DNA from: Podospora anserina
Lineage: Eukaryota
Assembly (NCBI GenBank): GCA_017654855.1
Contig: CM030337.1
Location: forward strand, 2,170,001 to 2,234,000
Direction: 5' to 3'
Length of the DNA: 64,000 nt
Of the stretch, positions 13,651 to 25,472 are shown in pieces. The position numbers and the translations under genes are program-made. The notes under the pieces are model-generated. The model worked only from the letters and a program-made list of their open reading frames with translations, was not told where the DNA came from and made no database searches. Within the stretch, counting starts at the first letter, position 1. Each line of letters starts with the position of its first letter.

Positions 13651-16176
13651 ATGCCTATGATGTGGGACAGGTTGAAGCTCCCTCAAAAGCAGGACGAGGA
13701 GGGGCTGAGATTAGGTCTGGGATACAGCAACCATAATGCGCCAAAAAGCCGAGGGTACAGCTACTCGATCAAGGGAGGTCCGCCTCCCCCACGGCCGCCT
13801 CGAGAATTTCTGGAGTCTCACCTGTGAGTTGCTGCTTGCTCTCCCATCATCTCACCTCCCTCTTCCTTCCAACCCAAGTCAGGCGGGGGTCACATTCGAG
13901 TTGCTGAGTGCCTGCCGTGTTGCTGTTTTGTGGGCTCGGCTGCAGCGAGCTTTTTTTGGGCAACTACAGCGCCTCATGCTTACCTACACACGAACCCAGT
14001 CGGGCGGCTTGACTTCACCTGGACACCTATTTTCAATTACTTCTTCCTTCATTCCAGTCTCTTGCCATCCACCGCAGCTGACTGCATCCGACTTCGCTTC
14101 CCCATTGCTAACAGAGTCACGTTGTGCTGCAGTGAGACATCTGCTCCCCGCGCAGCAATACAAGAGCCACCTCCCCGCAACCCAGCTCGAATCAAGGTCC
14201 GCACCTCCACCTACCGACCACCGTCGTCTGTGTATTCTCAAGACGCACAGGCACCACCGCCAGCCTCGAACTACACAGTAACCGTGGCTACCAAGTACGG
14301 CTACCGCTACGGCGGCGGCGGCGGCGGGGCGGAGGAGATCTCCCCGCCAAGTTCTCCGGAGCCCGACTCTGAGGGCGTGAAGCGCTTCTTGCCCGGCGAT
14401 GTCTCCCCAATAGAGGAGGACGATCACGCAGCAGCTCTTCTCCAGCAGCACCCGGCTTTCCGCAACAACGGTGCTCAGAATGACCACTCGAGACGGGAGC
14501 AGACGCCCACCCCCGAGACAGGCAGGCAGTCGCCTCGCCGGGCTCCCAACAGCCGTGGCGGTGGTGCTACCAGCATTCCCATGATGCGTAGGGAACGGAG
14601 GAAGCAGTCAGGTACCGTCATGCGCGAGCCAAACTCTACTAATCGGGACCACCCACCACGTCAAGAACCAACCCGCTGGAATCGGCTGACAGGTGAACCG
14701 ACGGCGGCTGACCGTGCTCGGCCGTCTCAAGGGCCTCCTGCCGAATGTTCTCAAGGTCTGGGAATTACAGCAACTGCCTGGGCATCCCCGCAGACCAGTC
14801 CTACACAAGCGCCTCCATCTTTCGCTGACAGAGTGCGGAGGATTGCCAAGGCTGCTGCTGGCCGGGAGAGAGAGCCTCAGCATGACACAGATCCCGCTGC
14901 GGGCGCCTTCACATCAAACCGCCCTGGTTGGCGAGGTGCGAGCGGCCGAACTGCCATCGTTGAGCCCGTCCACGACACTCCTGAAGTTGCACCCCTGAGG
15001 ATCCCCGAGAAGAGCAGCAGGAGAACTCTTACACCAGTACAAGCAGACAAACCAAGGCCTGGCATCTCACTAGGGGGTGTGCCACGGCGAGGACAAACCC
15101 CACCCATCAGCCCTCCCGCAACTGAAACGTCCACAGTCAGGGCCGGCTTGCGGGAGACGTCGCACAATGTCGTGCACACTCCGTCCCAGCTGACTCCCCC
15201 GACGGCCTACCTCCATTCAGAGAATGCGCAGAGCTACCCGAGCCCGCCGCTTTCGAGCACTCCGCTCAGCGGGGGGGATGCACCAGCCATGGCTGCCAGA
15301 CAGCTCTCCAGGGATGTCGTCCCCAGCATGGCCGCACTCCCCAGCCCCGAGTTTAACAGCCCGCACGAGTCCAACGTGATTCGCAGAAAGCCACCTCCGG
15401 TACATACTCACCATCAACACCAAGACTCGGTCTCCTCTGTCTACTCGCAACCACCTCGAGGACCACTGCACACTTCCCCGCTCACTATTCCTGATATTGC
15501 CCCGCCGGCTACCCTAGCGGCCAACAACGACACCTACGTCCAGCCTCCCTCTCGCTTCAGCATAACCACATACGCCACCAGCCACACGGGTACAACCCGG
15601 GACGACGGCGACGAGCTAGTTGACGAGGACCAGCCACCTGTCCCCTCACTCCCAGTCGGCCTCCACCACGGCGGCAAGATCGGCCCGTCCTCTGACAACA
15701 GCCCGGTGACGTCTCCGATCGACCAGTTCATGACGTCGCCTTTTACCACCCATACGGAGCAGTTGAGGATGGTAAACCCAGCTGTTGCCCGTGCGCAGGC
15801 CATTGAACGCCCCAGTTCTCGTGCTTCAGACATCAACAAGTCTCTCCCTCCAGCACCACCCGAGGGTGAAGCCCAGGATCGTGTCGGGTTGCTGAATGCC
15901 CAGTTGAGAGCGTTGGCAAACAGGCGAATCAACATCAACAGGTCCATTACCCAGATGACGGAGATGATGCCGACGGACAAGCTGATGAACAGCGAGGAGG
16001 TGATTAGAAAGAGGGAAATCGAAAAGAAGAAGGTAGAGGCGCTGAAGCAGGAGTTGTCTGAGGTGCAGAGGGAGGAGTATGAACTGGGCTTGAAGCTGCA
16101 CCGGGCTTACAAGAGGCTGGATAGGGATAACGAGTTTGAGCCGACGGGGTTGTGGGTGAGGAGAGTTACGAACTAG
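13651..16176 (+). CDS. Hypothetical Pro/Ser-rich protein with C-terminal coiled coil
   Basis: Proposed exon 1 is 13651-13823 (MPMMWDRLKL...; an upstream ATG at 13576 is also in frame). Intron GTGAGT 13824 to TGCAG 14132 with a GCTAAC branch; exon 2 is 14133-16176 within the long ORF. The C-terminus KKKVEALKQELSEVQREEYELGLKLHRAYKRLD..PTGLWVRRVT is coiled-coil-like. Confidence 0.7.
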
Positions 16177-17204
16177 GATGGTATTTTTGAGGGAGAGGGG
16201 ATTGCGGTACGGGTTTTTGTTGGAACGGGACAGGATCTTTAGCGCAGGAGTTTTGTCATGGGTGTTATGGATACTTGTTATTTATTTGATGGGGAGACGG
16301 ATTGTTAGCAGCATGTTTGGCGTTGATTTGTTCATTTTAGCTTGAGCTTGCTTTGGCTGTTTTGCTAGTTTTGGAAGGATTTTGGGGGGTGGGTTGTGAT
16401 ATGGAAAGAAATAAAAGGATATCAAAAGGGGTGGGCTGGGGGAGGAGAAGGGTATGTGTATGGGGATTGATTGGGGAGGATAGCACGTATATAAGTGTAC
16501 AGAAATACATATTGTTAACTGTAGATGTCTGTGTACAGGGGAAAGGATGTCATGTCAGTTGTGAATAGCATACACAATGAAGGTATGAAAGGGGGGCCTG
16601 CTGCGCACACGTGTGTAAGTCCACGGAGATGGATTGTCTAGGTCTGAGAAGACCGAACACCCAAGCAAAGAGGGCAGGAACCAGTTACCAGAGTAAATAG
16701 AGCAACACAAACAGCCATTCATGAAGATGTCTTGTCGATTTTTGTATGAACAGTTCCTCAATTAATATACCCATCTTTTGCAGGAAAAGTAAAAAATAAA
16801 AAAAAATAAAAAAAGAATACCCTGTCTCGCCTATCGCCTGCCTGCCACGCTATGCCATGCATGAAAAAAGAGAACAAATAACCTACCCCCAGCCACACCA
16901 ACCAACCAATCAACCAACCAACCAACCTTTTTCACCCTCTGATAAACCTATACCACCCACCCATTGCTTTTTCCTCTTCCTTCCTTCCCAAACTTTCTAC
17001 TTAAAAGCCAGACCAGATATAGAATGAGTAGCGAAAAAGAAAAGCTGATGATGATGATGATGTTGATGATGATGGGTGTTATATCAAAGGCTTGCAAGGT
17101 CGTGGTTGAGTAGGTATATATATGTGCAAAAGAAGCAAGAAAAAGGGAATATATGTAAAACAATAGTTTGGTACAGATAGTTTTCTTTGTTGGCCATGGT
17201 CAGG

Positions 17205-20200
17205 TTATCCAGGAGTCATCGACGCCGTGGAGCCAGCTCTACTCCCCGTCTTGCCAGCCGCCGACGCCCCCAGGCTGTTCCTCACGTGGGCGGGCAACGT
17301 AGAAGGGATATCCTCGTCATCACCCGACGAGTCCGAGTCGTCATCACCATCGTCGATAGCGATGGGTTGCTTGGAGCTGTTCCCATTCTGGCCATTCAGC
17401 GCAGCCGTCGCGGCAGCGGCTTGCGCTGCGAGGTCGGCGTGATTGGGGGGTTTTCCAAGCGCGGGATAAGGATTGCCGGTGTTCTGAACACCTGAACCAC
17501 CTGCCCCATCAAAGCTGGCCGAGACCTTGCGGGTGGGTGTATCCTCCACCCCAGTCCTATAGGGCGTCTGATACCCCCCATTCGTGTCCGTCCTCCTCCT
17601 CTTCGCATCGTGCTCCTCCTCCTCGGCAGCACCAGGATTTGGCCTTGGCGTATTGGCAGCCACCCACCCAGCTGCCGGTGGCCCAACAGGCATAGGCGGA
17701 ACAACAGGCACAGGGACATCGCTAATGACCACTGGCCTATCCTCTGTCTTGCCAGCAGGCCCCATGGACGCCCTCGCTTGGTCCTTTTCAGCCTGCTTGA
17801 TGCCCAGACGCTCCCTCTCAGCCTGAATCTCCGCCTTGGTGCGTCGTTCACGCAGCCTGACTCCGTACTTCTTCCGGATCATCGATTGCTTGGTGCCGAA
17901 GCTGTTCCTGAGACCCTCGACTCTCAGGCGTCTTTCGTTTTCATCAGGGATGGCTTCCGCCTCGGCAAATCTTGGTCGGTATTTGATCTCGGCCTCGTGA
18001 AGCTCCTCGTTCATCGCTTGGAATTGTTCAGGTGTGAGGTGAGCATATGGATCGCCCGGGATGGGTGAGGCTGTCGGCGTTCCTGCCAATGCGCGATTCA
18101 CGAGCTGGGATCGCGCTGGAGTTGACAAGGAAGCGTTAGGGGTCCCGTTTGGCGCCAATGAGGCAATCGGTACGGGGCTAGCATGCTGAACGGGAGCAGC
18201 TCTTGGGGGTCGACCAGGCCCACGAGGAAGTTTGACCGTATCAAAATGACCGCAAACTCTACCGTTGAGGTGGCCATTCAGATCTACTAGTTCTGTGAAG
18301 CCCTGACCGCAGTATGGGCATGAGTGCTTGAATCCAGCCGAGGTGGGTGGTAATATAGTGCAAATGCTGTATGCAGTGTGCTACACATAGCAGGTCAGCA
18401 CGCTATTTCTTTGTCAAAACCGGCATGTACTCACATATTCAAAAGCCGAAGTCTGAGCAAAAGTACGGAAGCACCTAGCACACTGAAGCATTGGATGTTG
18501 CGACGACGGGGGAGCAGACGGAGCAGGAGGATAGCCAGCCGCCGGTTGGGTAGGGTGAGCTTGGTGGCCATTAGGAGCAGCGGCAGCCGGATGAGCTTGG
18601 CCCTGTTGTTGTTCTGGGATCACATCGCCCAGCTCATACCCCAGCCGTTCAGCTTTCGCGAGAGCATTGGTCAGTGGAGCGGCCTCGATGGTCAAAAGTC
18701 GCTTTTCCAGACATTTGTCGAGGAAGTTGTCGCTGGCCTTGTCGATAATCATGTCGGCGACCTTGTCGATATCCGCGGTAGTAAAGTGGTTCATGATGTC
18801 GACAATGGAGTCGGCCACCATCTTGGCTCCAAAGTCGCGGACGGCACGTTGTGTGACGGACGGGACCGCATGATGAATAGAAGCATTGAGCTGTTGAGCT
18901 GTTAGTGGGAACGGCACCGGACCACATTTGTTATGCGAAGTCGGGACAATGGTCGAGCCGGGCGGAGGACGGTATGGCGATTCGGGCATGGCTGTGTGAG
19001 AGGGAGGAGGGAGGTGAGATGAAAATCAGATCAAAGGTAGAATGAGACGTATCATAGATACGAGGGTATAAAGAAAGCAGCTGGTGGCAGGCAAAGAACA
19101 AGCAAGCCATCCACTCTTGCCCTGCAACTGACCAGAGTATCTTTCCACAGCTCCCCACCGGCAAGAGCAACTCTGCCCATTACAGGGAGCAAGCGCGAGG
19201 ACAAGAGGCGAGGGCGAGGGCATGGATGCTCGGGATGGGGGCGCGTCAAAAGAATAGATGAATGAATGCGGGTAAAGTGTGGAAATACCGAGACATAAAG
19301 AGGGTAATTAATATGAGATATGCAACTTACGATGAAAGCTTGATGAAACTCTGTGCCCAACAGGCACTTTTCCCAGTGGTCCCGCACAATGCGTCGGACG
19401 GCCTCGGGAAGACTCTGCTGGATCGCATAAGTCATGCGCGTGCAGTCGTCCACAAACTTGGGGTTGGCGCTGGCATGGTCCAGCGTCGGCGACGTGAAGC
19501 CTCCTGAGGTTTGCGCCGGCATATGGCTGGTCCTCCGAGCAGGCGGGTCCATGATCACGGGCCGGTCAGTCATGGACCGCCGGGGAAGCGGCTGCGATGG
19601 CAAAGTATGCTGGGGATAATGATGGGGCTGTGGCTGGTGATGGTGCTGGGGCTGCTGGTGCGCGTGGTGAACTGCCGGTGGGTGATGGGCAGATGGTGGT
19701 GGATGGCTGGGCGCGGTCCAACGGTGCCAATGTTGGGGTTGCGACTGAGGTTGCGACTGTGGTGGTTGTGGCGGCGGCGGCGGAGGAATTTGTTCACGCG
19801 TTTGTGGAGATACGGCACGCACTGAAGGGTGAAATTGGGGTGGGTGCACAAGGTGCGCTTGATGCGATGGCGGCTGCGCTTGCCCAGGATGCGCAAGAGG
19901 TTGCGAAGGCAGGAACGGGGCCGGGTGATGATTTTGTGCTGCCGGAGTCGGTCTTGGTGGTGGCAGTGGTTGTTGTTGCGGTGGTGGAGGCTGAGAATGT
20001 TGCTGTTGCGAGGGTTGTTGCGGAGGTGGAAGTTGTGGGGCCGGGCCGGTGGGAGCGGGACCTTGGGCAGGCACTGAGACGGAAGCTGGGGCTGGAGCTG
20101 GAGCTGGAGCTGGGGCCGCAGGTGGAGGGGCTGATGAGAGGACTGGTGGTGCTGTTGCTGGTGCTGTTGCTGGTGCTGGTGCTGGTGCTGGCGCTGGTGC

Positions 20201-20581
20201 TGGTGCTGGTGCTGGTGCTGGCGCCGGCGCTGGAGCTGTTGTGGAGGTTTGAACCTCCTCACCGTCCGGCTTTACCACTGGTGGCTCGTTCACACTACTT
20301 CCAGGCCGGCCGATGGCCTCTGATATCGAGGCCACAAGCCCATTTACTGTTCCTGGTTCCCGGGGATGGGAGAAGGGGTTTTCGGAACGCGTCTCCGAAC
20401 TGGCCGGTTGAGCACCGACCACGGGCACGGCATTTTTAGTCGTCCGTGACGGTGTTTGTTGCTGGATACTGGGGACCACCGGACTGGACTCTGCCGGCGG
20501 ATTTTCGTGTTGCCCCGTGGACGGTGAGCTTGTCACTGCCGCTGCTGCTGCTGCTGATGGTTCTTGTCCATGAGCCTCCAT
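17205..20581 (-). CDS. Large low-complexity nuclear-type protein with C2H2-like zinc fingers
   Basis: Exons 20581-19331, 18890-18435, 18380-17205 (donors GTAAGT and GTGAGT; acceptors CAG and TAG with CTAAC/CTGAC), frames verified. The spliced product has CARCFRTFAQTSAFEYH and CPYCGQGFTELVDLNGHL, a helical block (LPEAVRRIVRDHWEKCLLGTEFHQAFI-LNASIHHA), an AT-hook-like PRGPGRP and an NLS-like AKRRR. Confidence 0.8.
20148..20236 (-). repeat. Coding hexanucleotide repeat encoding (AP)n
   Basis: (GGTGCT)n-like array on the + strand; encodes TAPAPAPAPAPAPAPAPAPAPAPATAPATAP in the zinc-finger gene. Confidence 0.9.
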
Positions 20582-20837
20582 GGTTTTTACTGTCTGTTTG
20601 GCTGTGGCTTCCTGGTTCTGTGGTTGCTGCAAGTGGCTTTCATGTAACTGTGTTGCGAGCCGAAAGCATCCAAAATGCTCCTTCATGACCCTAGGACCTT
20701 CCACCCTTCACAGATGCAGCTCAGTGATGTTTCTTGGCTGTCTAGATCTGCATCGAGTTTGAGCTTCCAGCCAATTGCTGTAAAGTGCAGGACGGGCTTG
20801 GACGCGGCAGAGGTACCCGCAGTGCTGCTGCTCAGCA

Positions 20838-20882
<45 letters not shown>
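20838..20882. repeat. Compound microsatellite (CA)n(GA)n
   Basis: About 8 CA units followed directly by about 14 GA units, upstream of the zinc-finger gene. Confidence 0.95.
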
Positions 20883-20885
<3 letters not shown>

Positions 20886-21936
20886 CGGTACTGTGCAATG
20901 TGTCACACTGCCAACCAAAAATTGTGAAGCAGAGAAGGGAGGATGGTGATGGTGATGGTGTGTGGTGGTGATGTCTGCGGACCGCAGGGTAAAAGTAAAA
21001 CGTTACTGAGGGGGGCGCTATGGCCGTCCCCTTTGCTTTAATCAAGAAAAGTTTTTCCCTCGTTTGAGAGTAGCTTCCTTCGGTTAAAAGGGGAGGCCCA
21101 TCGTGTTTAATAGATAATTAACAACTTAATTAACTTTGTACAGCCAATCCAGCTAGCTTCCGGCGAGAATTATATTTGCTAACCAGTACATAACGCTACT
21201 TGGAGCCCTGGCCGTGCACGGGCAACACACAAACTTTTTCCCACGGTTCCACTTCAACCATCAATTGCGTCCAGGGATCCCGTCGTCTCACGCGTTTGCT
21301 TAAAACATCATGATCCATTCCTTGTATCCAAGTCATCATATCATGTATTGTTGCTTTTTTTTTCCTCCCTCCTCTCGTCTTGCTGCAATGCTTCGGCTTT
21401 GAGCTCAGCTTCATGTTGTCACCCCCAAGCGACTCGGGCTTACCTAACAAAAAAAATATTTCAACCATCATCGTAGATTTACCCGCAATCTGTGTCAAAT
21501 TGTACCCGTCTCATATGCTGAAACACAAAACGCTGAGAGTAATCCCACGGGAGAGCTGTGACAGGTTGCATCAATTCTGGCTTTGTCATAGCTCGAGTCT
21601 AGGGGTCAGGAGTACTCTGCCGTTGAGAAGGGTCCTTCGAGATCATCTGGTGGGGAGGTACTATTGGGGTTACATGTCTGCGTTGGTGGTATATGCATGT
21701 ACCCATCGTCATTATGCAGTCTGTTCGCTTTCATGGCACAGCCAATATTGTGACATCTTTTCGTTAGCTATTCCCGTTTGTTCTCACTCTGGAAAAGCCA
21801 CCGACAAAATAGTATTGAGGTTGTGCTTAAAGCCCGTCATGCGCCAACGCTGAGCTCATGCATATTGAGGGTATAAAATAGCAAATTGGTATCATTACAT
21901 GTCTGGCTAGAAAATAAGTAAACCGCCCGACTACGC

Positions 21937-23508
21937 TTAAACAGCCTCGCCAAGACAGGCGAGCAACAGCCTCTCATAATCACCACTGGTTTCACCCCTG
22001 ACTCTGCTAACGAGACTTCTGTGATATCTCTTCTCGTAGGCACCGCGCACGTTCTGCATGTGAGTGCGGTCCCAGTGATATCTGATAATGCGGCTGGTCA
22101 AAAGGTGGTCCTTGGTCCCAGCGCCAGCCATAGCATCCTCAAGGAGCGCAGCATGATGCATGTACTTGTCGAGTCCCTGCCGAAGCTGGAAAAGAAGAGC
22201 ATCTTCCATGTGTCCAGAGAATTCCTGCAATATTGACGTCAGTAAACAACCAAAAAAAAAAAAAAAAAAAACAAGAACATATGGTATGGCAAAACTTACC
22301 CTGCGAATAACATCCTCCAAACTCCTAGCATACTTCTGCTGGTACTCATACGCAATAGCCCGAATCTGGTTGTCGTTCCTCGTGCTCAAAATACTGCACA
22401 CCTTCATCTCATCCGTCCCGACCTTGCCCTCGGTCGCATTATAAAGATCATTCACATCCCTATCAATCTCCATCTTCACCACCGGCGCCGAGTCCTCCGC
22501 CCTCGTCGCCCCCAGCACAATCATGAAATGCCTCTCCGTCTTCATGCTCAAATCACCCTTGACATCATCCTCAAGACGCCTTCTAAACACGCGGTGATAT
22601 TCACTCTTGATGGCGTTCATATCGGCGTTTGACCTGCCAAGCAAGACATCGTTCAGAACCGCCTCCTTTGTGCCAATACCAGCCATGGCATCGCGCAAAA
22701 GGTGGACATCGTGAAGGAGAGGGCCGCGGACGATGGAGATGAGGCCCGTCTCGAACCAACCGGAAACTTCACTCTTGATGTCCTTTTCGAGATCGCGACG
22801 GTGGATTCGGCTGTAGGCGTCGCGGAGGGTGCGGATCTGGTGGGGATCCTTGTTGGCGAGGATGCGGATTAGAGCTCTTTCATCTGTGCCAAAGCCCTTC
22901 ATGGCGGCCCGCAAGCCCTGAGCGTCGGCATCGGGGCTCCAAGCGATGATTTGAGGGGGGCCATAGCCTGGCGAGGCAGGTGTCGGGGGATATTGGTGGC
23001 CGTACTGTGTGTACTGGGCAGGAGGTTGACCGTAAGCGCCTTGAGGTGGTGGGGGTTGACCGTATCCTTGCTGGGGAGGAGGAGCGCCGTAAGCACCTTG
23101 AGCAGGGTATTGGTGAGCCGGGGAGGGCGCGCCGTACGGTTGCGGAGGAGGAGCGCCGTACGGTTGGCCCGGGGGAGGAGCGCCGTACGGTTGGGCAGGT
23201 GGAGGAGCACCGTATGGCTGGGCGGGTGGGGGAGCGCCGTATGGTTGTGGTGATGGCGCGCCATATGGCTGGGGCGAGGGGGCACCGTATGGTTGAGGCG
23301 GGGGAGGCTGTCCGTAGCCCTGGGGAGGGGGCTGTTGATAGTACTGGCCTTGAGGAGGAGGAGCGCCGTATTGCTGGCCGGGCGGTGGTTGCTGGTAGTA
23401 ACCCCCTTGTTGCGGAGGGGGTTCTTGGTTTCGTGAGTAATGCGCCATGATGCTCTGGGAGTCAGTCTCGAACTTACGGCCGTACGGAGGGTATCCTGAG
23501 TAAGACAT
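21937..23508 (-). CDS. Annexin with long Gln/Pro/Tyr/Gly-rich N-terminal tail (ANXA7/A11-like fungal annexin)
   Basis: Exons 23508-23478, 23423-22300, 22224-21937. Annexin repeats AMKGFGTDERALIRIL, AMAGIGTKEAVL, EGKVGTDEMKVCSIL, AMAGAGTKD and GETSGDYERLL; N-terminal QPYGAPPP repeats. Confidence 0.95.
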   Translation of the reverse strand: MSYSGYPPYGRKFETDSQSIMAHYSRNQEPPPQQGGYYQQPPPGQQYGAPPPQGQYYQQPPPQGYGQPPPPQPYGAPSPQPYGAPSPQPYGAPPPAQPYGAPPPAQPYGAPPPGQPYGAPPPQPYGAPSPAHQYPAQGAYGAPPPQQGYGQPPPPQGAYGQPPAQYTQYGHQYPPTPASPGYGPPQIIAWSPDADAQGLRAAMKGFGTDERALIRILANKDPHQIRTLRDAYSRIHRRDLEKDIKSEVSGWFETGLISIVRGPLLHDVHLLRDAMAGIGTKEAVLNDVLLGRSNADMNAIKSEYHRVFRRRLEDDVKGDLSMKTERHFMIVLGATRAEDSAPVVKMEIDRDVNDLYNATEGKVGTDEMKVCSILSTRNDNQIRAIAYEYQQKYARSLEDVIRRVSFAIPYVLVFFFFFFGCLLTSILQEFSGHMEDALLFQLRQGLDKYMHHAALLEDAMAGAGTKDHLLTSRIIRYHWDRTHMQNVRGAYEKRYHRSLVSRVRGETSGDYERLLLACLGEAV

Positions 23509-24160
23509 TTGTCCTTGTTTGCAAATGCGCGAGATCTTTGTTGGCTCTGGCAAACAAGAAATGGATTCGTAGAGGGTAGCGGTTAGGTGGTTGGCAGCAG
23601 AGGAGCAGCCAAGAAGCAACAAATTTTCAAGGTGGATGCAAGTGGAAGGAAGGACAGGAACAGGAGAATGGTTGCTTATCCATGGTTATATACTATATTC
23701 TACATACCTATCTCCCAAACTAGATGTGACCTGCAGATCAATGGCCATCAGCGCGAGGCACCAGGCCCGGCTGCCTCTGAGCCTCTCTGCCCCTCACCCC
23801 GCATCGCACAGCCATGAACTGCTGAGAGCCTGCCCAGAACTATTGCGTCAATGTGTGGCTCAGCAGCAGCTTGCTGGTTGCCAAGCGGCTCAGCCCAACG
23901 AACATCTTCCCGAGCTTCGGCCACCATGTAGACGGCTATAAAGAAGCGCTGCCTCGCGATGCAATGTTAGCAGATTGTGCCTAATTGCTACTCCTCGCTC
24001 GCGTGGTCTGGACAGTGACAGCCAAAAAGTGAAAATGTCCAACCTTGGAACTCTTGTTAGGGTTGCCCCTCCATCTGTACCCCGAGCGGCATCTGCGCCA
24101 CACCCGAATCCCGTTTGTCACACTCAATACCAGCCTCCCCCGGGTGTCGTCGGCACCTCT

Positions 24161-24162
<2 letters not shown>

Positions 24163-24188
<26 letters not shown>
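24163..24188. repeat. (CT)n microsatellite
   Basis: Run of about 13 CT units in the intergenic region. Confidence 0.9.
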
Positions 24189-24191
<3 letters not shown>

Positions 24192-24719
24192 GTCTGACAA
24201 TACTATTGTCTCGGTATGGAGTACAAAAGCAGCCCACATCTAAAACTAGTTTCACACAGTCAGTGACAGTCTCTGCTCCTCGATAAGACTTTTCATCTCA
24301 TCTTTTCTCTTCCTCCCCTGCCCATCAAAGGTGGCTGGGGGTGTGTGGTCGTGGAGGGGTACGTTAGCGCTCCCGAGCGGGCGGGTTAGGTGGGGCAATG
24401 CAGGGGTGGAGCTTCAACCTCCTCAATTTCCAAATCAAGCACTCCCCGTCGCCCAAAACACTTTCTCTTTCAGCACACAAGAGCCTGTGACTGTGACTGA
24501 AGCCAGCCATCTGAATTATCATGGCCTTTCCTCAACTAAATAATCCTGCACCATGAGTGCTTTCTCAGGTTTGTTCCGCTTCTCTCCTTCTCTACTGTCT
24601 GCCGTTCCTTGAAACGCATTCCTGTCTGCTGCAGCTTTCCAGCATCTCGCTCTGGCTGCTGTGCGCCTTGCCTTCGGCCATTTGCATCTTGACACATCAG
24701 ACACATCAGTGCCTTCAAG

Positions 24720-25472
24720 ATGCATTCCAACCGAGCAACTCTATTTCTTTCAGCATCCTACGCTCTCTTTCTTCCTTGTTTCTCTCTGCCGCTCCATGAG
24801 TCGCCGTTGCAACAACCAGCAGCCCTAGAGCCCAGGGCGACCTATGCGGTAGTCAATATCGATGGAGGAGGTTCCGGCACGACTCCGGGTGGGTCTCCGG
24901 GAGGGTCCCCAGGAGGAGGGATCGGCGCTGGCAGCCCCGGCACTTCCGGCCCCGGTGGTTCAGGGGGCTCAGGGGGGTCCGGTACCGGCAATCAGCCCGC
25001 CCCGAACCCCGTGACCATCACCGTGGTACAGACGCCTCCTACCAAGACAGCTGTTCAAACAGTTTTTATGACGTCGCCCGCAGTCACAAATCGTATCACA
25101 GACACTGTCGTCGTGACGAAAACGGTTCAGATTGTCAATATCGAGCCCACATCCACGCCTGCAACTAGCACGGCTCATCCTCTCCCGACATCGTCGGCCC
25201 AACCAGTGCTACCCATCGAACCCTCACACTTGACGTCAACACTGGTGTCGATCTCGTCCTTTTTGAGCTCGTCAACAGCGACACCAACTTCAGTCCTACC
25301 CTCAACCACCGATGTCATAGTCGTCACTGCGATTGCTGCTGTCCCCGAACCAAGTTTGAGCAGCAGCACGACATACGATGACGGAAAATGGCACACCACA
25401 TATCCAGCTTGGAACGGGACCTTGGACCGCCGGTCCAATCGTTCTCGGTTCCGGCAACGGGCTGCCCCCTGA
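24720..25472 (+). CDS. Putative secreted Gly/Ser/Thr-rich protein
   Basis: Intronless 250-aa ORF: signal-peptide-like N-terminus (MHSNRATLFLSASYALFLPCFSLP), LEPR-ATYAVVNIDGG, Gly-rich then Thr/Ser/Val-rich stalk, and a C-terminal aromatic motif YDDGKWHTTYPAWN. Confidence 0.7.
   Translation: MHSNRATLFLSASYALFLPCFSLPLHESPLQQPAALEPRATYAVVNIDGGGSGTTPGGSPGGSPGGGIGAGSPGTSGPGGSGGSGGSGTGNQPAPNPVTITVVQTPPTKTAVQTVFMTSPAVTNRITDTVVVTKTVQIVNIEPTSTPATSTAHPLPTSSAQPVLPIEPSHLTSTLVSISSFLSSSTATPTSVLPSTTDVIVVTAIAAVPEPSLSSSTTYDDGKWHTTYPAWNGTLDRRSNRSRFRQRAAP

Noticed and set aside
19570-20439. Overlapping 230-280 aa ORFs in alternative frames and on the opposite strand of the zinc-finger gene
   Set aside because: Artefacts of the (AP)n and poly-P/Q repeats, which lack stop codons in several frames.
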